Assembly: GCA_000091205.1 (NCBI GenBank)
Contig: AP006500.2
Source: Cyanidioschyzon merolae
Taxonomy: Eukaryota
Strand: one strand, 5' to 3'
Length of the DNA: 64,000 bases
Positions within the stretch are counted from its first letter, which is position 1, and each line of letters begins with the position of its first letter. A model generated the notes under the pieces. That model was not told where the DNA came from and made no database searches. It worked only from the letters and a program-made list of their open reading frames with translations. A program made the position numbers and the translations under genes. Below, one piece after another: positions 10,601 through 20,728 of the stretch.

Positions 10601-11449
10601 GTGATAGGGCTAGAGTGCTTGCCTCTGGCAAGCCCGTTCATGGGATCGGCAGCACCTTTGTCGCGGATCGCGAGACTCCTCGAACGGGACGCAGCTACGC
10701 TGGCGTGGAGCGAACTTCACGAAGCGCACCAGGTACTGCTGCGCTGCACGCTGCGCTCGACTGACGGACAGGCACTCTGGTTGCTGTCGCAGTTCTATGA
10801 ACGCGGGTTTCACGTGCAGTGGCAGCTGCGCCGCAAGACTCGGCCTCGTGGAGGTGGTCTCATCGCTCGCTGGTGGTCCTCAGCGCGATATCGGTGGCAC
10901 TCGCTGTTCACGGAGCCGGTGCTCGCGCTTGATCGCTTCCTCGCCGACAGATACCGCTATGCAGCGGCTCGTGCTGACGTGCTTCCGGCCCAACTAGCCC
11001 TGGTAGAGGAGCTTCGGCGCAACGGTGACGATGCGGATCACGAGCTCGCCTATGCGCTCCTGAAGCGCATGGTACGGTTGATGGCAGGACAGCGCTCAGC
11101 GGGCATGAACGCTGCTGTGCTCCCGAAAATAGGTCTTGTCTGTCTAACCCGTGGTGCGTTCAATGACGCGCTAACGTTCCTGGAGCAATGGTATGAAAAT
11201 GCAGCTCCTCGTGAGGGACACGCAGACACCATAGCGGTGCTGGGCGTGCTCTACGCTCGCCGGTGGCTGCACGCAACTGAAGCAGCGCGTACGGATCACG
11301 ACCTAATGCAAGCGCAACGATATCTGACAGAGGCTGCGGAGAACGGAAGCGTACTGGCGCAGTCATGGATTGTCGCACTGGAAGAGCACTGGAAACATCC
11401 CAGGTCTGGAGAGGAGCGAACGGCCTCCATCCAAGCGGTACACATCTGA
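10601..11449 (+). CDS. Hypothetical Sel1/TPR-like repeat protein
   Basis: 282-aa ORF. Segments such as AVLGVLYARRWL...AQRYLTEAAENGSVLAQSWIVALEEH fit the Sel1 repeat pattern (A..LG..Y..G.gv..d...A..w..kAAeqG...Aq..L). Confidence 0.35.
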   Translation: MIGLECLPLASPFMGSAAPLSRIARLLERDAATLAWSELHEAHQVLLRCTLRSTDGQALWLLSQFYERGFHVQWQLRRKTRPRGGGLIARWWSSARYRWHSLFTEPVLALDRFLADRYRYAAARADVLPAQLALVEELRRNGDDADHELAYALLKRMVRLMAGQRSAGMNAAVLPKIGLVCLTRGAFNDALTFLEQWYENAAPREGHADTIAVLGVLYARRWLHATEAARTDHDLMQAQRYLTEAAENGSVLAQSWIVALEEHWKHPRSGEERTASIQAVHI

Positions 11450-12163
11450 ATCCAGGGAAGCTAGACGAAGGCGTCGCTCACCTGAGCGACGGGATTTGGC
11501 ACTTTGGACTGCTGCTGCCTTTCGTCAAGAGCTACGTTCCTGGGCAGTGGCGATCAAGGTCGGTTTCCAAGGACGCTTGGTTGACCCAAACATCCCACAT
11601 GCGACAGCGCGTCACCGTAGGGCGTTTTTCATCGGGATCGGTCGCAACTCGATCATGTCCCTGGTAACTCGTGGGCGATAGAGACGAAGGTTTCGTGCAA
11701 ACGATCTGGTCTCGAGTTAGGCGCTTATGTGTGGTATCATGAATAAAGAAAGAAGGGCTTGCCGTCTCGGCGCTGCGGCGTCCGGCAAGTGATCTCCTGT
11801 TCTCACTTTAAAGGACGGGGAGTGCACCAAGTGCCGTATGGCCTCTGTTCCAATGACCTAGATGGAATCTGTTACTGACTTGAGCGTGAACCAAGCGAAC
11901 ACGGAGTGCTATGGCACACACGGAGCACATACGCCTGGGTAATGAAGACGCAAACAGATAAGTGTTCCGGGTTTGTGCTCATGCGGAACTGCCAAAGCAT
12001 TCCCGAGTGGTCCACAAATCGGCGAGAGGATACGCGCCGGACAAGAAGCGCATGCGCTGTGTCATCAGGAAGTGTCTAGTTCCTGGTTGCAACTGAACTA
12101 AAAAGCGGGATGCATCTCGCGCAACAACACGTCTTCTTTTCCTCTTTGGACCTATTTGGGATG

Positions 12164-13786
12164 TTATTTGGGGCGAGCTCGCACGTCCTCCAGCAGAAGC
12201 ATCGCATAGTCGCGAAATCGATCTTTTTCGGCGCCGAAGCTACGATAGAGCCCAATGAGGCGCTCATCCTGTCGCAAAGCCATCTGTACAAGCTGCGTTT
12301 CCTTCCAAGGTGCAAGTTTCAAGGCTGCAATCGCACCTAGCACGGACCAGGCAACGCCTCTCGAATCCGTACTCGTGCTCGGCGGTAGGGAAGCAGGGGT
12401 GTCTGCCAACTGCGCTTTCGTCGCCAAGTATGTCGAAGACGCGACGTCCGCTCTCGTCATATCTCGCGAGGCGTATCTTCCCCGCATCGACTCCATGCTT
12501 TGTTCTGTATCCAACGGGGGCACCAGTGGCGGCAGGCGCACATCCCTCGACATAGACCCCGCGGAAACGTTTGTTTGCACGGCCGCCAGATGCGTTGCAG
12601 CGTGCGTCACGAACGACCTCATTACATTTGCGGTTGTCTGCTGTTTCTCGTCGATGCTCGACGTCCAACCAGGCGCAGCGTTTCCCGGTTGCTGGGCCGC
12701 ATTTGAGCCCGTGAACGCGCTTTCCAAGGGACTCAGTTTCGCAGCGTCTTCCACCGGAGCCTGGATGGTCTGTACGACTTCGTGGTTCAGCACCGCGGAC
12801 TCGTTTCTTTCTTTGGTCGCTGCAGACGCGAGTCCGCAATGCTCGCTTCCAATGTCTGCGCCAGCTATCGGACCAGGCCGGGGTGGATGCGGTTCGCTCA
12901 TGCCGTCACCGCAACCGGGGAAGCGCTCATCTGTTCCTCTGATGCCCGCTATTCCTGGCGATGTCCGTCTAGGCTCCTGTGTCGTGCTTTCCTCTCGTAG
13001 TGCCTTCATTGTCGGCGGCCGAGTCCAGCCCTGGGACCATCCCGTTGGTATGGAACTGGCATGTTCTCCTAGTGAGGATGCGAGACCCAGCTCCTGTCGC
13101 ATCCGCTCCTCGACTTTGATGCGCAGTACACAAGCGGGGCAGAACCATTCTCCGCTTGGAATCGATGGCAACCCGATGCACTGCAAGTGATACCCCATGG
13201 GACACTCGTCGCAGCAGACAATATCGCCACCCAGACCGCAAATCGAGCACACATCGTCCGGCGCCCAGCCGTGCGCAATAGCCGCTATCGCGTGGTTCGA
13301 TAACGGGGTTCGGCACCGCCGGTATCGTTCCGGTATCGTCACTCGATTCAGATCTATCACCACACCGTGGCTGAGAGAGTGCAGCGACATCCGTTGTCGC
13401 CGCCATTCACTCGTTGAACCTGGCCTGCTCTCGAGCGACGCAACTGTAGGCAACGCCACACGCGCTTCAGTCTTCGCAGCGCCACGACGCCTACGCTGGC
13501 CGTTCCGCGGTACCACTTCTACATCCGCAGCTTCAGTTCCCAACCGCCGTCGCTTTATATTTTCGTTGTCGCGTACATTTCGCTTTGAAGGCAGCGGTTG
13601 TGCGAGCGAAGGTGGAACAGCCGGCCCCGCGCACGCAGCACGCAAACTGCTCCCGACTGTCGATAAACTTTGCGCACCACTTGCCACCAAAGGAACACGT
13701 CCACCTGATGCATGTGTATTCGCCCCACGAACGATCTCTTCTTCAGTCTCTGTGGAAGAAGTTTCAGTGCGTGAGTCTTCGCTCAT
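12164..13786 (-). CDS. PHD-finger protein. The ORF extends upstream to 14251, but that N-terminal part overlaps the FKBP gene on the other strand and looks non-coding; the start proposed here is Met156.
   Basis: C4HC3 PHD signature DDVCSICGLGGDIVCCDECPMGYHLQCIGLPSIPSGEWFCPAC at ~13150..13285, with a basic/acidic low-complexity N-terminus. The antisense ORFs 12255..13190 and 13197..14051 are considered spurious. Confidence 0.55.
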   Translation of the reverse strand: MSEDSRTETSSTETEEEIVRGANTHASGGRVPLVASGAQSLSTVGSSLRAACAGPAVPPSLAQPLPSKRNVRDNENIKRRRLGTEAADVEVVPRNGQRRRRGAAKTEARVALPTVASLESRPGSTSEWRRQRMSLHSLSHGVVIDLNRVTIPERYRRCRTPLSNHAIAAIAHGWAPDDVCSICGLGGDIVCCDECPMGYHLQCIGLPSIPSGEWFCPACVLRIKVEERMRQELGLASSLGEHASSIPTGWSQGWTRPPTMKALREESTTQEPRRTSPGIAGIRGTDERFPGCGDGMSEPHPPRPGPIAGADIGSEHCGLASAATKERNESAVLNHEVVQTIQAPVEDAAKLSPLESAFTGSNAAQQPGNAAPGWTSSIDEKQQTTANVMRSFVTHAATHLAAVQTNVSAGSMSRDVRLPPLVPPLDTEQSMESMRGRYASRDMTRADVASSTYLATKAQLADTPASLPPSTSTDSRGVAWSVLGAIAALKLAPWKETQLVQMALRQDERLIGLYRSFGAEKDRFRDYAMLLLEDVRARPK

Positions 13787-14020
13787 ATCCCCTGGAGTCC
13801 ATGCGCGTCTCCGCGTACGGCGAAACGTGGTTAGGCGCGAAAGACGCTGCGTGCAACGCAGTGGTGGCCCGGATCTGTCACGGGTCACGGAGCCGGCACT
13901 TTGGAACGCCCATATCTGTACAAAATGGACGCATTGCGTGAGACGCACGACACCGTGCGTGCGTGCGCGTGCGTACGCCGGAGCTGCGCATCCTCCTCCA
14001 GCCACGGTGATGTTGAGCAC

Positions 14021-14884
14021 ATGGGGGCGTGTACCACGCGAGGTGCACTGAGCAGTACCTTTGTTTGCCGAAAACTGTGTTTTATTGCCGGTACCGGCTG
14101 TTGTGGCAGTGCATTTCATCGAATTGTGTCTGATGAACGAGTTGTGCAGTTTTGTAGGCCAAGACGCCGTGTGCTCGCTGCCGCCGGGCCGTGTTGGCGA
14201 GCGGCTCTCTCCGAGGAACCCCCGGTGAGTCGCCGAACGTTGCTGCGGCACGGTGCTTGTGCACTTGTGACGCTTGTGGTGGCGCAGGTGCTCTCGGCAC
14301 GAGTTACACTAGCAGCGGCTGCTGCAGCCGAGACGACGCATGCAAGTGGCTCGGCTACGGAGCAGCAGGCAGCTGGTGCCCCGCTGGGCAAGGTGACTGC
14401 CACTGGGCTCCGGTACTATGACTTTGTCGAGGGCGACGGCACCTCGCCCGACTGGGGCGATCTCTGCGTTGTCGAGTTTGTGCTGTACAGTGTCCCGAGG
14501 CCACGCGCCGCGCCGGGATCTTCAGCGGCGCCAGCAATAAGGTTGCGACCGTGGTACTCTACCGGAGGCCGTGGATACTTGATCAAACACGGTGATGGTC
14601 GGACGATTGCTGGAATCGAAGAAGCGATTCACACTATGCGAGAGCATGGACGACGTCGAGTCATTGTGCCTCCTCGTCTTGCCTACGTGCACGCTGACCT
14701 CGGACCAGTACCGGACCGGACTTGGACACGCTTGCGCTTGGCGAAGAAATTGGAGGAGGGCGAGCTATTGGTTTTCGACCTGGAGCTTCGAAAAGTCATG
14801 AAGGATCCCAAAGATCGCGGATATTATAAGGACATCATTGTCCGCGATGGTATGCAACTGCCATCCCTAGCCGATAACGAATAA
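14021..14884 (+). CDS. FKBP-type peptidyl-prolyl cis-trans isomerase with a bipartite presequence. A twin-arginine signal (SRRTLL + hydrophobic core + AxA) precedes the FKBP domain, as in thylakoid-lumen FKBPs. The ORF is open from 13901.
   Basis: FKBP_C-like domain GLRYYDFVEGDG...GGRGYLIKHGDGRTIAGIEEAIHTMREHGRRRVIVPPRLAY. Upstream of it: VSRRTLLRHGACALVTLVVAQVLSARVTLAAAAAA. The gene ends at a TAA. Confidence 0.7.
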   Translation: MGACTTRGALSSTFVCRKLCFIAGTGCCGSAFHRIVSDERVVQFCRPRRRVLAAAGPCWRAALSEEPPVSRRTLLRHGACALVTLVVAQVLSARVTLAAAAAAETTHASGSATEQQAAGAPLGKVTATGLRYYDFVEGDGTSPDWGDLCVVEFVLYSVPRPRAAPGSSAAPAIRLRPWYSTGGRGYLIKHGDGRTIAGIEEAIHTMREHGRRRVIVPPRLAYVHADLGPVPDRTWTRLRLAKKLEEGELLVFDLELRKVMKDPKDRGYYKDIIVRDGMQLPSLADNE

Positions 14885-15400
14885 GCATCGCGCTGGGTAA
14901 CGCATGTCGGAACGCGATATCGAGAGGCACCTCACCGATGTTTCGGCCCTGTATGTCAACAGTGCTAACGAGATCCTCAGTTAGCGAGCGACAATTTCCA
15001 GCTTGGTCGTGTCCGGCATCGCGCGCTTGCCCGTCTGGCGCGTTCGTGCACGCAAGAATGTTCCGGCAAATGCTGATAAGCACAGCACAGCACAGCACAG
15101 CCTTATCGCGATGATCGGGCGAAATGCGGTAGCACTGGACAAACCGCTGATTGAAAACGAGTTGGGCGTCTCGCTAACACACGCAGCATCGCTGGCGTAG
15201 TCGATCGTACCTCGCAATGATCGTTGGCATCGCGAGGTTACCTGTCGAAATCACGGCTTCATACGAGCCACAGCACGACTCGGGGCATGATGACGCAGGG
15301 GTATCGATTTCGACCTATACTTCAAAAGCCACCTGCATGAGGCGCGCTCGATCAGCTGGCAAGCTGGTGTACACTGCGCCATTCGGTCAGGAACACCCGC

Positions 15401-16780
15401 CTAGAGACTCGGATGTTCTGGGACCTTTCTAGTCGAGTAAGCGTCGTTTTCGCAGTTAGGAAGACCGCCGAACTGCCGTCTTCGTTCGTGGAATGCCTCT
15501 AATGCCCGGAAAAAGTCACGAGACGTAAATTCTGGCCACAGGATATCGGTTGTATAGATTTCCGCGTAAGCAGCCTGCCAGAGCATAAAGTTGCTGAGCC
15601 GTTGCTCGCCGCCAGTGCGAATGATCAAGTCCGGATCGGGAACGTCGATTCCCCAGCACTGCGCCAGGTAGGTCTCAAACACGGATTCGTTGACACTGTC
15701 GGGGTCGAGCACGCCTCTTTCTACATCGCGAGCGACGCAACGTACAGCCTGTAGGATATCTTGTCGACCACTATAGTTGAGCGCTACCTGGAGACACAGA
15801 GCTCGATTCGACCGCGTGCGCTCTTCTGCATCGTGCATTCGTTCGCGAAGCGAGTCTGGAAGTGCACTACGGTCGCCGACAAAGCTCACACGCACACTAC
15901 GCGATTGCAGCTTTTCGAGCTCTGTATCCACAACATGTTGAAAAAGCGAGAGCAAACTCGATATTTCAGCAGCAGGACGTCGCCAGTTCTCGGTGCTGAA
16001 TGCAAATACTGTTAAGAATGGAATATGCAGCCAGAGGCAGTCCTCGACGATTCGACGCAATGTCTGGGTGCCGTACTCGTGACCCGCGGAACGACTTCCG
16101 CGGACGCGGAGCCCCCAGCGCCCATTCCCATCCATAATGATGCCTATATGAGTCGGTAACTTGAGCTTCTCAACCAAATGATCACGTATGCGTTCCATGT
16201 CTGTTTGACCGGCTACCTTGGGAGGCTCCTTCGTTGGATAGTCAGCGGCCACGGGACCAGTTGTGATACAATCTGAAGACGTTGCATGCTCCGAATTCTC
16301 CAGTTTTTGACATAACCTTAGCTGGAAACATCCACGATGCAGCCTGTTTCGGAGCTGGCGGTTGCTTGGACTCCGCGGAAGCAGGAGACAGTTGTGAAGC
16401 GTCCCGTTTTGACGAAGGTTGCGCGCTCCCCAGCGGACGCCAGCAGCGGAAAATGAGCGCCGATTTTCGGTGAAAGCGCCACTAGGTCGTCTGTGTCGAC
16501 AGGGGACCTTGGCGTCGTCGTGGAAAATACACCAAGTCCACGAAGACACACCAGCGGCCGGTGGTGGACCCGCGTAGGTCAGCAGACGCTCGTGGCGCAG
16601 CGAGCAACGTCCACGCAACCGCTGAGGTTCAGACGCTCGCGGAATTGTTTCCATCAAAAACACCGGCCACATGACGTCTTGCGTGCGCTCTGCAATGTCA
16701 GGGAAGACGAGGTGCGCTCTGTCGCACCGCGTAGCTAACGCTTCGTCTTCCGGCAACGCGCACGGCAGCCGTGAAGGCAC
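15401..16780 (-). CDS. Undecaprenyl/dehydrodolichyl diphosphate synthase (cis-prenyltransferase, UppS family) with a ~195-aa N-terminal extension. A possible alternative start is Met195 at 16198.
   Basis: Conserved UppS motifs are present: HIGIIMDGNGRW, FAFSTENWRRP, LNYSGRQDI, DLIIRTGGEQRLSNFMLWQAAYAEIYTTDILWPEF. Confidence 0.8.
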   Translation of the reverse strand: MPSRLPCALPEDEALATRCDRAHLVFPDIAERTQDVMWPVFLMETIPRASEPQRLRGRCSLRHERLLTYAGPPPAAGVSSWTWCIFHDDAKVPCRHRRPSGAFTENRRSFSAAGVRWGARNLRQNGTLHNCLLLPRSPSNRQLRNRLHRGCFQLRLCQKLENSEHATSSDCITTGPVAADYPTKEPPKVAGQTDMERIRDHLVEKLKLPTHIGIIMDGNGRWGLRVRGSRSAGHEYGTQTLRRIVEDCLWLHIPFLTVFAFSTENWRRPAAEISSLLSLFQHVVDTELEKLQSRSVRVSFVGDRSALPDSLRERMHDAEERTRSNRALCLQVALNYSGRQDILQAVRCVARDVERGVLDPDSVNESVFETYLAQCWGIDVPDPDLIIRTGGEQRLSNFMLWQAAYAEIYTTDILWPEFTSRDFFRALEAFHERRRQFGGLPNCENDAYSTRKVPEHPSL

Positions 16781-17337
16781 GCCCGCACAGCGTCTTTGGC
16801 ACAGCCTCAGAGCGCCAAAACCTCAAGAACTTCCCTCTATAGCCAGTACAAGTGTCCGAGTCCGTACAGTGCGCTGCTGTGCGAAGCGCACAGCTCGTCC
16901 AGTCTCAGCAGTTCAAAAAAGCGCGTTGTTTACGAGCACGCGTTCAGCGTATGTGGAGCGCCTTGCGCGGCACCGTTTACCACCGGCAGCTGCGTTGTGT
17001 ACGTTTCTGGCGGAAACGATTGCAAAGCTGGTAACGACACTTGTTTCACTTTATCAGACGTTCTGTTAGCGGGCGCAGTACGTAGAGCGCTTGCTCACAA
17101 CGTTACCAGCTGCCGATACGAGATCCCAATGCGGTGGCAGTGCGAGTTGCAGAGCGCACCCGTACGCTTGCTTGTGGTGTCGCGTGCTCGCTCAGGAGGC
17201 AAGACGACACAATCGGCATCTGATACTGGACGACGTTTACTTCGATGGTATTGGGCACTTGGCGTAAGCTGACACAGAAATGGATGCTACCTAGTCGTTG
17301 GCTGAAATGCCTGATCTGCCTTTCACGGAGCTTTTTT

Positions 17338-17566
17338 TGGGAGGCATGCTTGAGGATTTCCATCGGAACCCCTGAGCGCTCATGGGAAAGCGAGCATAAC
17401 GCGTTGGGTAAACGAGTTTGAGATAGTATCTCTACCCTTTACAGAGCATTTCTGGGAGGCATGGTTGAAGATTTCCATCGCAATACCCGAGAGCTCATGG
17501 GCAAGCGCGCTTCTCGTTTTATTCCGACGAAAAGACGGGTGTGTGTGTGTGTGTGTCTGTGTCTCT
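17338..17566. repeat. Two ~58-bp direct repeats 116 bp apart (gggaggcatgNttgaNgatttccatcg..gagNgctcatggg.aagcg), followed by a (GT)n microsatellite at 17539..17566
   Basis: Read directly from the sequence. Confidence 0.7.
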
Positions 17567-19170
17567 TGGAACGTCAAGTCATCCGGAGGGACTAGTTGAT
17601 CTGGTTTCGTGCTTGCTGGCTGTGCGGGCATATGCAGGAGGCCGCAATTGATGCATCAACCCCACAGCATGAGAAAAACACTCCTGGATGCAACAGCGGA
17701 AGTGACCATTCTTACTCGTAGGCAAGCGCGCAGAGATGTCGTTCAGGGATTTCGGATCGTCGACGCTGACTGCGAATCCCCGATGAAGCGATTGATATCC
17801 GCGTCCATCATTGCGCATCGCACTGTGAGGCGTCACCAATCACCACCTTTGCTTCTCTTCACGTATACTAGTCCGCCAGTTCGTGTGATGCTGTGTGGTG
17901 CCGACTGCCTACCCTGAGCGCCGACGAGGACGTACACGGTGCCGCAGCGGATGCTGCACGGAGGCAAAGCGGCTTCGCCATACCCGTGAGAACGTCGGCT
18001 CTAAATGTGGTTTATTTGACGCGTCGTCAGGTATCTCCCTCATGTCGTGCCCTGACAGTCACTGTATGCGGACCTGACTTTACATCAAGATGCGTTGCAG
18101 AAAAGAAGCTGTCAGGAGGAATCCTGAAAACCCCGAGTCTTCGCTTCCCTGTATTGGGAGGCATGCAATGCGGTCTTGCGACTCGGGGGCCATTGCGCTG
18201 CACTCAGCAGCCAGGAGATGCACGAAACGCCGGGCGCGCATGTTCATGCAGTTCGCGGCTCTTTTTCGCCTAGAAAGACGAATAAGAGTTTGGTGCCAGA
18301 TAGCGCGCATTTTGGTCCAACCAGTGGGCCTCCAATTGTCAGTTCTGCACCCAAAATAAGCGAACGCTCATGAGCATCTATAGTGACATCCACGAGGTGT
18401 GATTGCTCGAACAGCCAGCTTCGTTCCTGTGTCCGAACGCGAACACTGCAAAAGCGAGTCTCGCCGAGCATTGGGAGTTACGTCTCCCCTGCAGAAGCAG
18501 TATGATTCCCTGCGAGCATGTAATTTTTCGATGCAACACAAGGCCCGGACGTGCTAGACTTCACCGATTCGCTCTTTAGCGAGCCAGACGGTTCCCATGG
18601 GAACCTCTGACCACCCCAATGACTCCCGCCAAACGTTTCATGTCTCTACTCGGTGGTTCTTCTAATGGGATGCGAGGCCAACGTTGAAGATCCTGTTCTT
18701 TCGAAATCGGCATTTGCATTCTTTGCCTTGAACCGTTCGTTAGAGATGTCGAGAAAAGAGTCAGTCCCAGAAACCAACTGGTATATATCCACTCCAAAGC
18801 CATACTTGAGGAAAATCTGCCTCCACTAGACCCAAACGCTTTTTCGATACCTTGGGATGCACGCCATCATCCGGTTGAGCCGGGGGCGCGTGCTGGGCCT
18901 CTTGGCCCTTGTACGACGCGCTGCAGTCTGCTGCAATGACTTCCAACGGGGGTGTATAGGATTTACATCCGAGAGCTTCCGTGCTGGGTGCTCTGCCGAG
19001 CATCCCGACACGATTCGCATCGACCTGTTGACTGGGGTCTGCATTCGCGAAGCGAGTGCGAGGCTCATGCCCCACCATTCGACGCCCCAGGTGACCGCCT
19101 TGATGATGCACATCCTAATTGACCCGATGCAGACTCCCAGCGACATCCCTATGGGTCCGATAAGAACCTG

Positions 19171-19450
19171 CATGCACGAGCTGAGCGTTTCTTGATCTTG
19201 GCAATCTCCTCTCCTATATATACACACTTTCATCCAGTGTGCATGCACGAGCTGAGCGTTTCTTGATCTTGGCAATCTGCTCTCCTATATATACACACTT
19301 TCATCCAGTGTGCATGCACGAGCTGAGCGATTCTTGATCTTGGCAATCTGCTCTCCTATATATACACACTTTCATCCAGTGTGCATGCACGAGCTGAGCG
19401 TTTCTTGATCTTGGCAATCTTCTCTCCTATATATACACACTTTCATCCAG
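19171..19450. repeat. Tandem repeat, 71-bp unit x4, each unit carrying a TATA-like ctatatatacacac motif, immediately 5' of the oxidoreductase ORF
   Basis: Units start at 19171, 19242, 19313 and 19384. They are near-identical, with one c/t variant (ctcctct vs ctgctct). Confidence 0.85.
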
Positions 19451-19462
19451 CATCGACGTGAG

Positions 19463-20728
19463 TTGTACCAGGGCGCGGCGGGATTCGGCGTTGCCTCGCG
19501 AGCATCGCACTATCCGAAGATCGGCACTCGAGCTGCGCGTCCGAGGTGCTCCACAGCAGCTTCTAAGGTTCTGGCACAGCCTACGATGCGTATGGAACAG
19601 CCAGCAGCGTTTCTGAGTGGCAAACTACAACCCTTGTGCCTAGATCGCAAGTTCCAGTTGCGCGTGAGCGGGTCACGGCAACAGTTTCGGGGCCGCCGCC
19701 GACCCATTCTCGTCGCCCGGGTCGGGATCGGCGTCATCGGTGCAGGCCGCATAGGACAGGTACATGCAGCAACGATAGCTCGTCTGATGAATGCAGAGCT
19801 ACGAGGTATTGCTGATCCAATTGAAGCAGCTGGGCGTAAGGTGGCCGAGAGTTTCCAGACAGCGTACTTTCCAGACTATCGTACGCTGCTAGAGGACCCC
19901 GATGTACAGGGTGTCGTCATCGGCTCGCCAACGCCGTTTCACGCGGAACAAATGATAGCTGCAGCCGAAGCCGGCAAGCATATATTTTGTGAAAAGCCTA
20001 TCAGCAACGATCTCGCGACGATCGACCGTTGTTTAGAGGTGGTACGCACCAGCGGCGTCAAACTCCTGGTGGGGTTCCAGCGGCGCTTCGATAGTAACTT
20101 TAGCTACGTACGTGACCAGATTGAGCGTGGCACCATTGGGCAAGTGCGTATGTTTCACATCCATTCAAGAGATCCGGCGCCACCTCCGGCGGAATACTTG
20201 GCGAAAAGCGGAGGTATTTTCCTCGACATGTGTTCCCATGATTACGATATGGCGCGTTTTGTGACGGGCCAGGAAATCGAGGAGGTTTACGTGGTTGGCA
20301 AGGCCTTCGATCCCGAGGCACAGGCCGCAAATGATCTCGACACCCACATAACGGTACTGCGGATGTCGGGCGGGGTCATGGGCACCATCGACAACTCTCG
20401 TCGTTGCGCATACGGCTACGACCAGCGTATCGAGGTGTTTGGCTCCGACGGTTCGTTAATCGGTCAAAACAAGAGCAAGCACTCCGTAGTAGCCGCCGGT
20501 CAAGATGGGTATCATCATGGACGACCTTTTGATTTCTTTATGGATCGCTATCTGGAGGCGTACGGGAACATCATGACCGCATTTGTGCAGATGATCGAGC
20601 GCGGCACAGACCCCCCTGTCTCGGGGTTAGACGGTCGCGCGCCGGTGCTCGCTGCGCTGGCCGCAGCCCGAAGTGTCAAGGAGAATCGACCAGTGAAACT
20701 CAGCGAAGTCGATATACGCATGCGCTAG
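19463..20728 (+). CDS. Gfo/Idh/MocA-family NAD-binding oxidoreductase, closest to myo-inositol 2-dehydrogenase (IolG-like); ~85-aa N-terminal extension before the Rossmann fold
   Basis: Rossmann motif VGIGVIGAGRIGQVHA, then EKP motif (HIFCEKPIS) and the C-terminal GFO_IDH_MocA_C region. The real start may be Met42 (MRMEQ..). Confidence 0.75.
   Translation: MYQGAAGFGVASRASHYPKIGTRAARPRCSTAASKVLAQPTMRMEQPAAFLSGKLQPLCLDRKFQLRVSGSRQQFRGRRRPILVARVGIGVIGAGRIGQVHAATIARLMNAELRGIADPIEAAGRKVAESFQTAYFPDYRTLLEDPDVQGVVIGSPTPFHAEQMIAAAEAGKHIFCEKPISNDLATIDRCLEVVRTSGVKLLVGFQRRFDSNFSYVRDQIERGTIGQVRMFHIHSRDPAPPPAEYLAKSGGIFLDMCSHDYDMARFVTGQEIEEVYVVGKAFDPEAQAANDLDTHITVLRMSGGVMGTIDNSRRCAYGYDQRIEVFGSDGSLIGQNKSKHSVVAAGQDGYHHGRPFDFFMDRYLEAYGNIMTAFVQMIERGTDPPVSGLDGRAPVLAALAAARSVKENRPVKLSEVDIRMR

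Noticed and set aside
12255-13190. Long plus-strand ORFs (12255..13190, 13197..14051) antisense to the PHD-finger gene, and similar antisense ORFs elsewhere (6294..7007, 60736..61395, 41991..42446, 43134..43853)
   Set aside because: They have no recognisable domains and run antisense to ORFs with clear homology. High GC content suppresses stop codons in non-coding frames, so these are expected artefacts.
18826-19275. 149-aa minus-strand ORF upstream of the IolG-like gene
   Set aside because: Its 5' half is translated from the 71-bp tandem array, it has no homology signal, and it would occupy the promoter region of the neighbouring gene.
19171-19450. Possible CRISPR-like array (regular direct repeats)
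   Set aside because: The units are contiguous 71-bp tandem copies without unique spacers, and the context is eukaryotic nuclear DNA. It is a tandem repeat, not a CRISPR.
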